Shown: positions 28,201-36,755 of the stretch, piece by piece
How positions within the stretch are numbered: position 1 is the stretch's first letter
Layout: the number at the start of each line of letters is the position of its first letter
From: Candidatus Nomurabacteria bacterium
GTDB taxonomy: Bacteria; Patescibacteriota; Saccharimonadia; JAGOAT01
Reading direction: 5' to 3'
DNA: 64,000 bases
NCBI GenBank assembly: GCA_020639315.1
Contig: JACKGM010000001.1
Coordinates: 225,878-289,877, forward strand
Notes under the pieces: model-generated
Told to the model about the DNA's origin: nothing
The model's input: the letters and a program-made list of their open reading frames with translations, nothing else
The model's database searches: none
Made by a program: the position numbers and the translations under genes

Positions 28201-31200
28201 CTTCTCTTTGTTCACAGTATTTTATCGATAAGTTGGCAGGGAAGGACTTAGATGGGTACAATGACCTAGAGTGTAACTTGAAGGAGGCTTACGATAGCTC
28301 AGATGGTGGTGACGGTCTTTCGGTAAAAGAAACATGTGTATTAATCAATCTAACTTTAAATTCTACAATAAATGATGACGGTACAACCTGTAGTAATATT
28401 GGTACAACTGGAGCTAAGATATGTACTGGCTTGGGGGCTACCACATCAGACGATACTTGCGATATGGAAAAAATAAAGAGTATTAGTGACATCGAGAGAG
28501 GAAAGCTGTTTTTTTCAGCCTATTACGCTACGCTAGAAGACGATGAACGTAAGGAAGATTATATATGTATCGGTAAATATCGTCAGCTATATACTATGCC
28601 TCACGATAACTTAGAAGCAAGCGACTTTAATGCAATAGATTGTGTAGTCCCAGAGGACGGTGGTAATTCACAAGATAGTAATATTGAAACCCCACTGGTC
28701 TCCCCAAATGATAGTTTTACCGAGACAGAGGGAGATGACGGAGTCAAGTCAATTAAGTTGGCTGAAGGATTAGATGATTACCAATCTTATTGTGAACAGG
28801 GTCTGGAGGGAACCTATCTAGATACAGATACTGACGATGACAAGCCTGGGGTTTGTAATGGTATAGATTCTACAAAAATCGATCAGCAATTCTGTACTGC
28901 AGCCGGGGGGACAGTACTCACAGACGAAACCAACACCGAGACTGATAGTGAAGATGAGGATAGTAATGCAGAAGGCACCAATACTACTTGGATCGATAGG
29001 GTGATCGATAGGGTGTTTGCCGCTTCTGATGAAGAAGATGACGATAACTCTACAGGTAGTGGTGATACTACGGCTGAGACCTACGGCTGTGACTTTAGTG
29101 AGGCGGGAGATTTTGACAAAGATAAGATCGAGGCGGCTTTGACCGAGCTGGCTAATACCCCTACAACCCCCGCCAACCCAAACAGCTCCGCAGGTGGTAG
29201 CAATAGCTCCGCCAATGCCGGCGGTGCCCCCAACGGTGTTGCTATTAGTACTGCTACAGGTAAGCCATGTAACCAAAATGAAATAAGACTCAAGAGCAAT
29301 GGCTGTGGACAGAGACAAACACTGGCGACGAGACAACCCAACCAAATAAGGACAAACGGCAATTCCCCTACTCCCCAAACTCCACCACCAGGAGGAGGTA
29401 CTACTACAGGTGAGCCTCCTCAGGCTCCTGATGATGGCCTAGATCCCCCCGAGGGGCCCGATGTCCCTGATCAGCCCGATGACCTTCCAGAGAGACCTGT
29501 AGTCTCGATCAAAAAATACGTCGGTCACACAGTAGATGATCTCAGTGATGCCCAAGACTCAGCTACAGCTGTCAAGTTCTATCCTGGTCAATCGATAGTC
29601 TATCAAGTAGTAATTACTCATCAGTCTGGAGCAGATGCGACCAAAGTAGTCTGGTCTGACGAAAACCTTGATGGATTTGTCTCAGGTGGACTGATGGAAC
29701 TAGGAGATTGGACTAGTGATACTCAAGTAGATGACATCTTCTCATTCCCTCTCAAACAAGGAGAAGAGATCACCTTCTTAAGAGAAGGCACAATCTCCCT
29801 AGATGCTGGTCTCTTCGGTCTAGACCAAGAATCAGTTCTTAACTCAACTGCTGCCCTTGAAAACATCGCCAGTGTCGATGAACTCAATGATGCTGATCCT
29901 GGGATTGCTAGTGGTGATCCTGCTAATATCTTGCCGACGATAGCCGAAGTCAAGCTCGATAAGCTAGTCAGCAATATTAGTGACAATATCTTGGATCAGC
30001 CAGCCGATGACTTAGAACATACTGTCTTTTTCGGTCCTGGAGAAGAAATCGAATACAAAATGGTCATCACCAACGAGGGTCCAGACGGAGCAGTCGGTCT
30101 GATTTGGGCTGATGATAGTCTGCCGACTTTTGCTACCTTTGAAGGCTGGAAGCTTGAGGATGGCTCAGATGCTCCCGAGATGCTATTTGACCCTTCAGTA
30201 TCAGAAGATACACTAGAGTCAGGAGAATCAATTACCCTGATCAACCGTGGTCGGATCAATCCTGATGCTGGAGACTTCGGAGTCGGTACTAGCCTAGACC
30301 CCCGGGGTGGCTATGAGAATATAGCCTCAGTCGATCCTCTGACCCACGATAGCAACCTAGAAAACAATACCAACCCAGCCTGGATCTCCCCCAAGCTAGT
30401 CGACCTCACCATCAAAAAACAAGTCTCCAACCTCACCGAAACCCCATTCCTCTCCCCAGGCACAAGTCCCTACTACCTCAGTGATGGTCCTATCTACTAT
30501 GATGCAGATAGTATAGACAATGCAGTCTCCTTCGGTCCTAGTGAAGAGATAGAGTACCGTATAGAGATAATAAACAACGGTCCAGACGAAGCCACCTCTA
30601 TCAGCTTCACTGATCCTGATCTCCCAGATGAGCTAGTAGACTGGGAGTCAGACGGCTGGATCAACGCTGAGACTGGTGAAACCGTATCCTCAGGAGATAC
30701 CATCTTCCCAATCCCAGCCGAAGGAGCTCCGACTGAATTCCTCTGGCCTGAAGAGTCCAAGACGATTGATCCTGAGACCAAAGCAGAAACCACAGTCAAC
30801 AATATCACTGAAGGTAAGAGAGTCAGAATAGTCCTAACCAAGAAAGGTAGAATCAAGAACGACCTAGCTAATACCGATTGGTTCCAGTCTAATACTGCTC
30901 ACCAAAACACTGCAGAAGTCTCTACTATCAATCCAGAAACCAACTATGACAACAATACCAACGATGCCTACATCGACCCCAAGGTCACAGACATCATCAT
31001 CGGTAAAGTCGGTCAGACTGGTAATGACACTGGTCTAGCAGGTAAAGAACTAACTTGGACGATTAGAGTAGTCAACAATGGTAAAGACTCAGCTATCTCT
31101 CTCGTAGACAATGGAGGAATCAAGCTAACCGACTACCTCAACCTCAAAGACACCTACAATGAAACAGTTACCTATCAATGTGTCCCTGCCTATGCCTGCA

Positions 31201-33326
31201 GTGTCCCAACCGGAGAAATCAACTCCACTGACAATCCCGAAGGTATCCTAGACCTAGAACTCTACCTCGGCCCTGGCTTTGGAGACATGGAGCAAGTAGA
31301 CTTCATCGATATCCTCTCAGATGAGGAGCTGTCAGCCAACCAAACCGACACTACCAACAACAACACCACCACCAACAACAACACTAACACCACTAACACC
31401 AATAACACCAACACCACCACCAACACTAACACTACCAACAACACTACCAACAACACTGACACCACCCAAACCACCAATACTGATCTAACCACCCTCCCCG
31501 TCTGTGAGACTGGTAGATTCATCGGTATTAACAAGGCTACTGACACTACTACAGGCTTCAACCCCGATATCAACGAGGATGGCAATGGAGACCTCTATGT
31601 TCTCTTCAATACCAATTGCTTTAGCTCCTACCCTGACCTCAGCCACTTCGAGCTAACAGACCTCTCCCTTAGCAGTGATGAAGTAGTCAACTACCTCACC
31701 CAGTATCAAGGTGGTAAAATTGCTTACTATCAAACCCCTACTCACCTAAACACCACCAATCAAGTAGACATCCAAATCACCGCTAGACTAGCTGACCATG
31801 TCACCTATGGTGATGATGTCACTACTCAAGCAGTAGATGAGATCTGTAATCCTAGTGACAAGAACAACCCTGATCAAAAAGTCCATGTCGAAAAGACCGA
31901 AACCGTAGCCTGGGAATTGTCACTAGACAATAACACCGCTCCCCTAAGATGTATCCCAGTAATGCTCTGTTACAACGAAGATGGTCAAGCCTTAGCTAGC
32001 TATCCCGGTAAAGAAGGAGAAGACTTCTATCTCTCATTCGTCGGAGTAGACAATGAAGGTAACAAACTCTATGATCAATCTCTAGATGAACTAATCGCTA
32101 GAGATGACTTAGCAGGACTAGATGTGATCTGTCGTAAGCCTACTACCTGTGAGCTTAAAGTAACGCGGACGATAGTACTAGCCAATGGTACAGAAGAAAC
32201 CACTGATGTCGAAGTCACCGAACTATTTGATGGCTCAGCTGCTGGTGCTGATACCACTGACCTCGGATACTACAACTTTAGCCTAGAGTGTCAAAACCTC
32301 GAAGACGGACAATCCCCCAACCTCACGATTGAAGTCATCCGCCGTCTCTTCGGTCCCTACTTCGCGATCGAAGATGGTTCAGCCACAGTGCTCGGAGAAA
32401 TAGTCAAAGGTGTCTATCCTGAAGACAATGACCTAGACATCACTCGTCATACCCACATCCTGACCGCTACCAATGAAATCTCTTCAATCTTCTGCTCACT
32501 AACCGAGATCATGGCAGCCGGAGAGAGTGTAGACTGTACTAGTCCTAGTGACCTAGCTGGAGCCGGATACCCAATCCGTCTAGACGGAGGTAGCAAGGAC
32601 AACTTTGTCAATGTACTTGACTCAATAGAGAGTCTAATCGCAGAACCAGACTCCTCCCCCTATGAAGTAGTTACTATTAACAACCTAAACCAAATCCCCC
32701 TTGACCTCAGTGATGGTAAGAGCCCAGACTTCGAACCTGATCCCAACTCCACCACTACCCCAGTCCCTTACCCCACCCTCTATGTCTATGATGGAGATCT
32801 AGAGATCTCAGCTAGTCAAGCTATGCACTACAATGCAGGTCTAGCTACTATCTACGTCAGGGGTAATGTCTACATCAATGGAGACATCATCAGAGATGAC
32901 AATACAGTGATAGAAGACATAGATGAGTATCCCAACCTAGGTATTATCTCTACTGGCAATATCTACATCAGACCAGACACCTCCAAATCAGTAGAGACTC
33001 CCCAAGTAATTGACGCCAGTCTCTTCGCCCAAGGTATGATCGAAACAGCCTACCGTCAAACCACTCAAACCCCAATCCCCGAATACTATACCAACCAACC
33101 CCTAATCTTCCATGGTACAGTAGCCTCCAAGGGAGATGAGAGTGTCCCAGGAGTCAAAGACCCAATCACCAATCAAGTCTATGCCTTCAAACTAAACAGG
33201 ACCAATGTCTCAGTCACCCTAGGACAAGACTGTAACAATACCCAAGTCTCTGAATGTTTTGCACCGGACAACTCAATCTTTATCGCTACTCCTCCGGGGT
33301 TTGAGGATCGGCTTAGCTCGGAGTGA
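25278..33326 (+). CDS. Giant modular surface protein paralog 4 (2682 aa). Its N-terminal anchor and ~500-aa module are homologous to the M15-peptidase protein. It also has a long acidic Cys-rich region, module A, an extra DUF11-like module, the 2.9-kb shared module and the shared C-terminal domain.
   Basis: ATG at 25278. TM LLLSLSGVLVVVAISIGIV. DUF11-like motifs VKFYPGQSIVYQVVITHQSGADATKVVWSDENL and VFFGPGEEIEYKMVITNEGPDGAVGLIWADDSLP. Identical tracts as described above. Confidence 0.85.
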   Translation: MKKRSLYKPNKSEGKLSNTKFNLRHLLLSLSGVLVVVAISIGIVKFIDYSNPVVVSIDGVEIRENTFDKNIELGKDYDNGREDIVNATIDLEAWKKINQNLGVVPPDSFIMEYASRYTEQAVKENVILQKNLYKYATEQMMLNQYYGLYDGAVFVFPYANFDQGATTEEQAYAKQKAEEYLARFSSGEDPRSLIDEIYADRSLEPAVDAQNPSTILGFYEDQSPYDQYRMGYSELLNDIWSIENRGTSQIVDIPEDRENRSGGYYYFYNINDYQSPRLDIQESYDTEVERIATDLTTQADKINRVGQSTVSFLGNKLKDLAIQPAYAKDTVEAHQSGPSVLLKLMNDKSYEGRTLIERFADVSGRVLGSNGDPYPNAIVRIKYKDVLKQNCAECDSAFVDVGKIGLGSSTNENAPRVDYRKAGIGKLHDTPEMQGYHDYVEVISGESGYFSLSAIDIVFDCNRVKTEYGDGHPIDVNMEALDVYKDAEISLGGLDSINDQIAIVDTEQVGGNIDLAFAKPEHDSGYLDRLASTVGSIFQLARIPLVQGAQGGYGELKPDENNQLVDLEDKRFGHYRDKIQYFREKSEMNLDSNFAAEQYNSYDPAGNIDKETMASILLDTVNGYLTDPDFQINKDQAQGLVGLLFACDVIYQEGDNENYWYYANLIDSDGNHPLDCMSHFVVEDVLMAIGMDLRVDNVYTNPTFPHAFQVDFREPPENWPNDREGTGSAKDGFVVFCEATGYKTNDARDRCILDKSDTEQATDESDDDNFAEPNKLARQCSYFLWELDQARYEALEGRDCTSLVDKGEVGSLNGISRRTLCVDRWGYTFGSNQCVPPDGVTYPSRRESFCKNITNFIFSNNRCNMSGYEQGASLELAEEYKNAVFGDAVNASPAQLCSDFYVALEIMPPGTYNSYEMLSQYGLTNGKYVCDPNNYEFNSETEKYQLKERGSSSDNESPNDGVSPEVGSTTEDRRSSLCSQYFIDKLAGKDLDGYNDLECNLKEAYDSSDGGDGLSVKETCVLINLTLNSTINDDGTTCSNIGTTGAKICTGLGATTSDDTCDMEKIKSISDIERGKLFFSAYYATLEDDERKEDYICIGKYRQLYTMPHDNLEASDFNAIDCVVPEDGGNSQDSNIETPLVSPNDSFTETEGDDGVKSIKLAEGLDDYQSYCEQGLEGTYLDTDTDDDKPGVCNGIDSTKIDQQFCTAAGGTVLTDETNTETDSEDEDSNAEGTNTTWIDRVIDRVFAASDEEDDDNSTGSGDTTAETYGCDFSEAGDFDKDKIEAALTELANTPTTPANPNSSAGGSNSSANAGGAPNGVAISTATGKPCNQNEIRLKSNGCGQRQTLATRQPNQIRTNGNSPTPQTPPPGGGTTTGEPPQAPDDGLDPPEGPDVPDQPDDLPERPVVSIKKYVGHTVDDLSDAQDSATAVKFYPGQSIVYQVVITHQSGADATKVVWSDENLDGFVSGGLMELGDWTSDTQVDDIFSFPLKQGEEITFLREGTISLDAGLFGLDQESVLNSTAALENIASVDELNDADPGIASGDPANILPTIAEVKLDKLVSNISDNILDQPADDLEHTVFFGPGEEIEYKMVITNEGPDGAVGLIWADDSLPTFATFEGWKLEDGSDAPEMLFDPSVSEDTLESGESITLINRGRINPDAGDFGVGTSLDPRGGYENIASVDPLTHDSNLENNTNPAWISPKLVDLTIKKQVSNLTETPFLSPGTSPYYLSDGPIYYDADSIDNAVSFGPSEEIEYRIEIINNGPDEATSISFTDPDLPDELVDWESDGWINAETGETVSSGDTIFPIPAEGAPTEFLWPEESKTIDPETKAETTVNNITEGKRVRIVLTKKGRIKNDLANTDWFQSNTAHQNTAEVSTINPETNYDNNTNDAYIDPKVTDIIIGKVGQTGNDTGLAGKELTWTIRVVNNGKDSAISLVDNGGIKLTDYLNLKDTYNETVTYQCVPAYACSVPTGEINSTDNPEGILDLELYLGPGFGDMEQVDFIDILSDEELSANQTDTTNNNTTTNNNTNTTNTNNTNTTTNTNTTNNTTNNTDTTQTTNTDLTTLPVCETGRFIGINKATDTTTGFNPDINEDGNGDLYVLFNTNCFSSYPDLSHFELTDLSLSSDEVVNYLTQYQGGKIAYYQTPTHLNTTNQVDIQITARLADHVTYGDDVTTQAVDEICNPSDKNNPDQKVHVEKTETVAWELSLDNNTAPLRCIPVMLCYNEDGQALASYPGKEGEDFYLSFVGVDNEGNKLYDQSLDELIARDDLAGLDVICRKPTTCELKVTRTIVLANGTEETTDVEVTELFDGSAAGADTTDLGYYNFSLECQNLEDGQSPNLTIEVIRRLFGPYFAIEDGSATVLGEIVKGVYPEDNDLDITRHTHILTATNEISSIFCSLTEIMAAGESVDCTSPSDLAGAGYPIRLDGGSKDNFVNVLDSIESLIAEPDSSPYEVVTINNLNQIPLDLSDGKSPDFEPDPNSTTTPVPYPTLYVYDGDLEISASQAMHYNAGLATIYVRGNVYINGDIIRDDNTVIEDIDEYPNLGIISTGNIYIRPDTSKSVETPQVIDASLFAQGMIETAYRQTTQTPIPEYYTNQPLIFHGTVASKGDESVPGVKDPITNQVYAFKLNRTNVSVTLGQDCNNTQVSECFAPDNSIFIATPPGFEDRLSSE
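30385..33315. repeat. Copy 3 of the ~2.9-kb near-identical coding module. It carries the expanded TN linker at about 31340-31470.
   Basis: Direct comparison. A few SNPs near the end (e.g. aatacccaagtctctgaatgttttgcaccggac vs aatactcaagtctctgaatgctttgcaccagac). Confidence 0.9.
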
Positions 33327-33510
33327 TTTTCTGGAATCAGGCTATAAGGATTTAGACTCAGAATTGTTAGTTTACAAGGAGTCATAATAGCATTATGGCG
33401 AAGAAGTGAATTAGCAATTCTGGGCTAAATAATAGAGCGTGAGCCTGAAGGGTTACTTCGAGTTAGGCCGTTAGGTTGGGGGAGACTAACCAGGCTAACT
33501 AGGGGGGTAC

Positions 33511-33996
33511 TGTCATCCTCCAGTTAAATACTGGATCTCCGGTATTACCCTAAAGGGTAATCCGAAGATGACACGGGAAGGGCATTGTCATCCTCCGAAT
33601 TCTCCTTGTCCTGTCATCCTCCGAAGTTCGGAGAACTTACGGGGGATCCAGTATTTTACATCGTGCATTGTCATCCTCCGAAGATCCGAAGGAGCTTACG
33701 GGGGATCCAGTATTTTGCATTTCTGGGATTCAATTCAAATACTGGATCTCCGGTATTTCTCTCTGGGTAATCCGAAGATGACGCGGGAAGGGCATTGTCA
33801 TCCTCCGAAGTTCGGAGAACTTACAGGGGATCCAGTATCTTGCATTGCCTTGAGATTCAATTCAAATACTGGATCTCCGGTATTTCTCTAAAGAGAAATC
33901 CGAAGATGACAGGAGGAGGGCATTGTCATCCTCCGAAACTCCGAAGGAGTTTACGGGGGAACCAGTATTTTGCATCGTGCATTGTCATCCTCCGAA
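33511..33996. mobile_element. Cluster of MITE/REP-like family 1 elements in mixed orientations (at least 4 arm pairs). It ends about 30 nt upstream of miaA.
   Basis: Multiple AAATACTGGATCTCCGGTATT...CCGAAGATGAC arms and reversed TGTCATCCTCCGAAGTTCGGAGAACTTACGGGGGATCCAGTATTT arms. Confidence 0.75.
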
Positions 33997-34026
33997 TCTC
34001 TCTCCCTTTGTGCTACACTAGAGACA

Positions 34027-34764
34027 ATGAACCCCCTAAGGCTAATCGGCATTGTCGGACAGACTGGATCGGGCAAGACAAGCCTGAGTTACCAAATTGC
34101 TGATCATATTATCAAACAAGGTCTAAAGCCGGTAATTATACTAGCAGACTCAAGAACTCTTTTTAAGGAGCTAGATATTGCTAGCGCCAAGCCTAGCAAG
34201 TCTCAGCTATCAACTTATAAACACCAGATGGTAGATATCCTAAATCCTGGTCAAAAATATACAGTCTACCAGTATCAGCAAGCGGTCAAGACCATCTTTG
34301 GAAATCTAGCAGACAACGAGATTCCTATCTTGGTCGGCGGTAGTGGGCTGTATTTTGATGCTACTATTTACGACTACCAATTCCCTCAAGACAAGTCTGA
34401 TCGAGATAGAAATACTACCAAGTATCAGACTAAGATTTTTGGCTTTCATTACCCAAGGCAGGAATTGAGAGCAAGGCTTGCTGAGAGGCTAGATTTGATG
34501 ATTGAAGAGGGCTTGATCAAGGAAGTCGAGGAAATCATGGTAGCTTATGGGTCTAACTGTATTGCCCTGAGGTCTACTACAGCCAATCGAGCTCGGGATT
34601 ATTTGCTCGGCCTAGAGACTATGGAGGAGACTAGGAGACTGATTGTCCGTGACAATCTTAGCCTTGCCAAACGACAATTCACTTGGTTTAAAAGAAACCG
34701 GGAGATCAGTTGGAACCTACCTTTAGCTCAGATACTTGGTGAGGTTGATAGCTTGGTACAGTAA
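34027..34764 (+). CDS. miaA: tRNA dimethylallyltransferase (MiaA).
   Basis: N-terminal P-loop IGIVGQTGSGKTS. Overall MiaA-like length and motifs. Start placed at the ATG at 34027 (MNPLRL) rather than the track's 33970, which lies inside repeat sequence. Confidence 0.75.
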   Translation: MNPLRLIGIVGQTGSGKTSLSYQIADHIIKQGLKPVIILADSRTLFKELDIASAKPSKSQLSTYKHQMVDILNPGQKYTVYQYQQAVKTIFGNLADNEIPILVGGSGLYFDATIYDYQFPQDKSDRDRNTTKYQTKIFGFHYPRQELRARLAERLDLMIEEGLIKEVEEIMVAYGSNCIALRSTTANRARDYLLGLETMEETRRLIVRDNLSLAKRQFTWFKRNREISWNLPLAQILGEVDSLVQ

Positions 34765-34767
34765 TCA

Positions 34768-35079
34768 AGATTCAAATACTGGATCTCCGGTATTTCTCTA
34801 AAGAGAAATCCGAAGATGACAGGAGGAGGTGGATCTCCGGTATTACCCTCCGGGTAATCCGAAGATGACAGGAGGAGGGCATTGTCATCCTCCGAATTCT
34901 CCTTGTCCTGTCATCCTCCGAAGTTCGGAGAACTTACGGGGGATCCAGTATCCCTGTATTTACAGGTATTCAATTCAAATACTGGATCTCCGGTATTTCT
35001 CTTTTAGAGAAATCCGAAGATGACAAGAAGGGCATTGTCATCCTCCGAAGTTCGGAGAACTTACGGGGGATCCAGTATC
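34768..35079. mobile_element. MITE/REP-like family 1 cluster downstream of miaA.
   Basis: Same arm, hairpin and sub-repeat signatures in both orientations. Confidence 0.75.
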
Positions 35080-35230
35080 TCGAGGTTACTTATAGCAAGT
35101 TAAAAACAAAATCAGACATTTTTATCGATCACAATCCCTGACCTGGCACTAGAGTCCATTAGGCTGAGTTTCATCTTTCACCATATCATGAATATGATTC
35201 AGTAGAAGAACTCAACTACTGGTTCTCTAT

Positions 35231-35395
35231 TAGACTTGTTCCTTAAGTAAGGTTTCTGGCACCAGATCATCTATTTTGGACTATAATAATCTTTTCACTT
35301 TATCACCTTAACTCTGTTAGGGCTCTTTACGAAAAGACTATTCTAGTCTTAAACTAGGCAATTTTGGTCTCAAAAATTATTAAGGAACAAGTCTA
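35231..35395. mobile_element. 165-bp element bounded by perfect 16-bp terminal inverted repeats TAGACTTGTTCCTTAA...TTAAGGAACAAGTCTA (MITE-like family 3).
   Basis: TIRs read directly. A degenerate second copy lies at about 59810-59980. Confidence 0.55.
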
Positions 35396-35412
35396 TTATC
35401 TTAGTCAGGGAA

Positions 35413-35440
35413 TTGGATTTTGTTTTGAGCTTGCTATAAT
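35413..35440 (+). promoter_or_regulatory. Promoter TTGGAT-N16-TATAAT, with the ATG of murT exactly 6 nt downstream of the -10 hexamer. This predicts a leaderless mRNA.
   Basis: Hexamers at 35413-35418 and 35435-35440. ATG at 35447. No SD sequence. Confidence 0.45.
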
Positions 35441-35446
35441 AACCCT

Positions 35447-36754
35447 ATGAACCCAAGCATCATCCTGACTGTCTGGTTTGTAAAAATTTTTACAGTCTTG
35501 ACCAAACTCTTCGGCTATCAAGCCAGCACCCTCCCTGGCCTAATCGGATTCAGGCTAGACTCTCAGCTTCTAGACAAGTTGATCAAAAGCTACCAGGGCA
35601 AGTTGATCCTAATCTCCGGCACCAATGGCAAAACCACTACTACCAAGCTAATAGCAGACTTCCTAAGCTCAAGTGGCAAAACTCTGGTCACTAATAGTAG
35701 TGGATCCAATCTAGAAAGAGGGATTCTAGCGAGCTTGATCAAAGGGAGTAGCTGGAGAGCTAAGCTCGAGCAGGATTACCTGGTAATTGAGATCGATGAA
35801 GCAGAGCTTGCAAGGATTGTCTCTAGGTTAGACCCAAACTACCTCCTAGTAACCAACCTTAGCCGTGACCAGCTAGATCGTTATGGTGAAATCGATAGTC
35901 TAGCTACTAAGATTGGAGGGGCAATCCGTAGCCTAGATTGTCAGCTGATAATCAATGGGGATGACCCCTTGCTAGCTAGTCTCAAGACCACAAAACCAGC
36001 TATTTATTATGGGTTTAGCTTCGATAGTCAGCAGTTACCGACTAGCGGGTCAGAGCTTTCAGATATCCCCTATGACATCAAGACCAAGCAAAAAATCAAG
36101 TACCATAATCGCTATCTGGGACATCTTGGAGACTACTATACAGATAGCCATAGCTTGACTCGACCAAAGCTAGATTACCACTTGGACAAGCTAGATCTAG
36201 AGACTGGTAAGCTCCAAATCAATCATCAGCCACTTGATACCAAGCTTAGTGGAGTCTACAACTACTATAATATCCTAGCTAGTTATAGCTTGATTTGTAG
36301 TCTGGGATACAATGATAGCCAGTTTCAGTCTTTCTTGCCAAGCTTTGAACCAGCTCCAGGTCGCAGTCAATCTTTGAGGCTTGATGGTCGAGAGCTGACG
36401 ATTGCTCTAGCCAAAAATCCAGTCGGAATGAACCAGGTCATAAGCTATGTGATCAACTCAAAGCAGTATCAAAAAGTAATCATCTTGATCAATGACCAAA
36501 TAGCCGATGGCAGAGATGTCTCTTGGCTCTATGATTGTGACTTTCAAACAGTGTTACCTACTACAAAACTGTTTGCTGGAGGACTGAGGGCAAAAGACTT
36601 AAGGCTAAGACTGACGGTGGCAGGGCTTGAGTCAAGCCTGCTTGAGAAGCTTGATAAATCTAGCCTCCTAGCCAAAACTGACCCCGATGATCGGATCCTA
36701 ATAGTGCCAAACTATACTGCTATGCAAGATGTTTTTGAGGTAATTGGCCAATAG
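35447..36754 (+). CDS. murT: Lipid II isoglutaminyl synthase subunit MurT (Mur-ligase-family protein).
   Basis: Mur ligase ATP-binding motif ISGTNGKTTTTKLIADFL. Length ~435 aa. Immediately followed by a GatD homolog. Confidence 0.75.
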   Translation: MNPSIILTVWFVKIFTVLTKLFGYQASTLPGLIGFRLDSQLLDKLIKSYQGKLILISGTNGKTTTTKLIADFLSSSGKTLVTNSSGSNLERGILASLIKGSSWRAKLEQDYLVIEIDEAELARIVSRLDPNYLLVTNLSRDQLDRYGEIDSLATKIGGAIRSLDCQLIINGDDPLLASLKTTKPAIYYGFSFDSQQLPTSGSELSDIPYDIKTKQKIKYHNRYLGHLGDYYTDSHSLTRPKLDYHLDKLDLETGKLQINHQPLDTKLSGVYNYYNILASYSLICSLGYNDSQFQSFLPSFEPAPGRSQSLRLDGRELTIALAKNPVGMNQVISYVINSKQYQKVIILINDQIADGRDVSWLYDCDFQTVLPTTKLFAGGLRAKDLRLRLTVAGLESSLLEKLDKSSLLAKTDPDDRILIVPNYTAMQDVFEVIGQ

Positions 36755-36755
36755 T

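Noticed and set aside
8992-33326. Diversity-generating retroelement (DGR) or polymorphic-toxin/immunity interpretation of the variable giant genes.
   Set aside because: There is no reverse transcriptase or template repeat, and the variation is modular rather than adenine-specific. In polymorphic toxin systems the C-terminus is the variable part with immunity genes downstream. Here the C-terminus is the conserved part and no small immunity-like genes follow.
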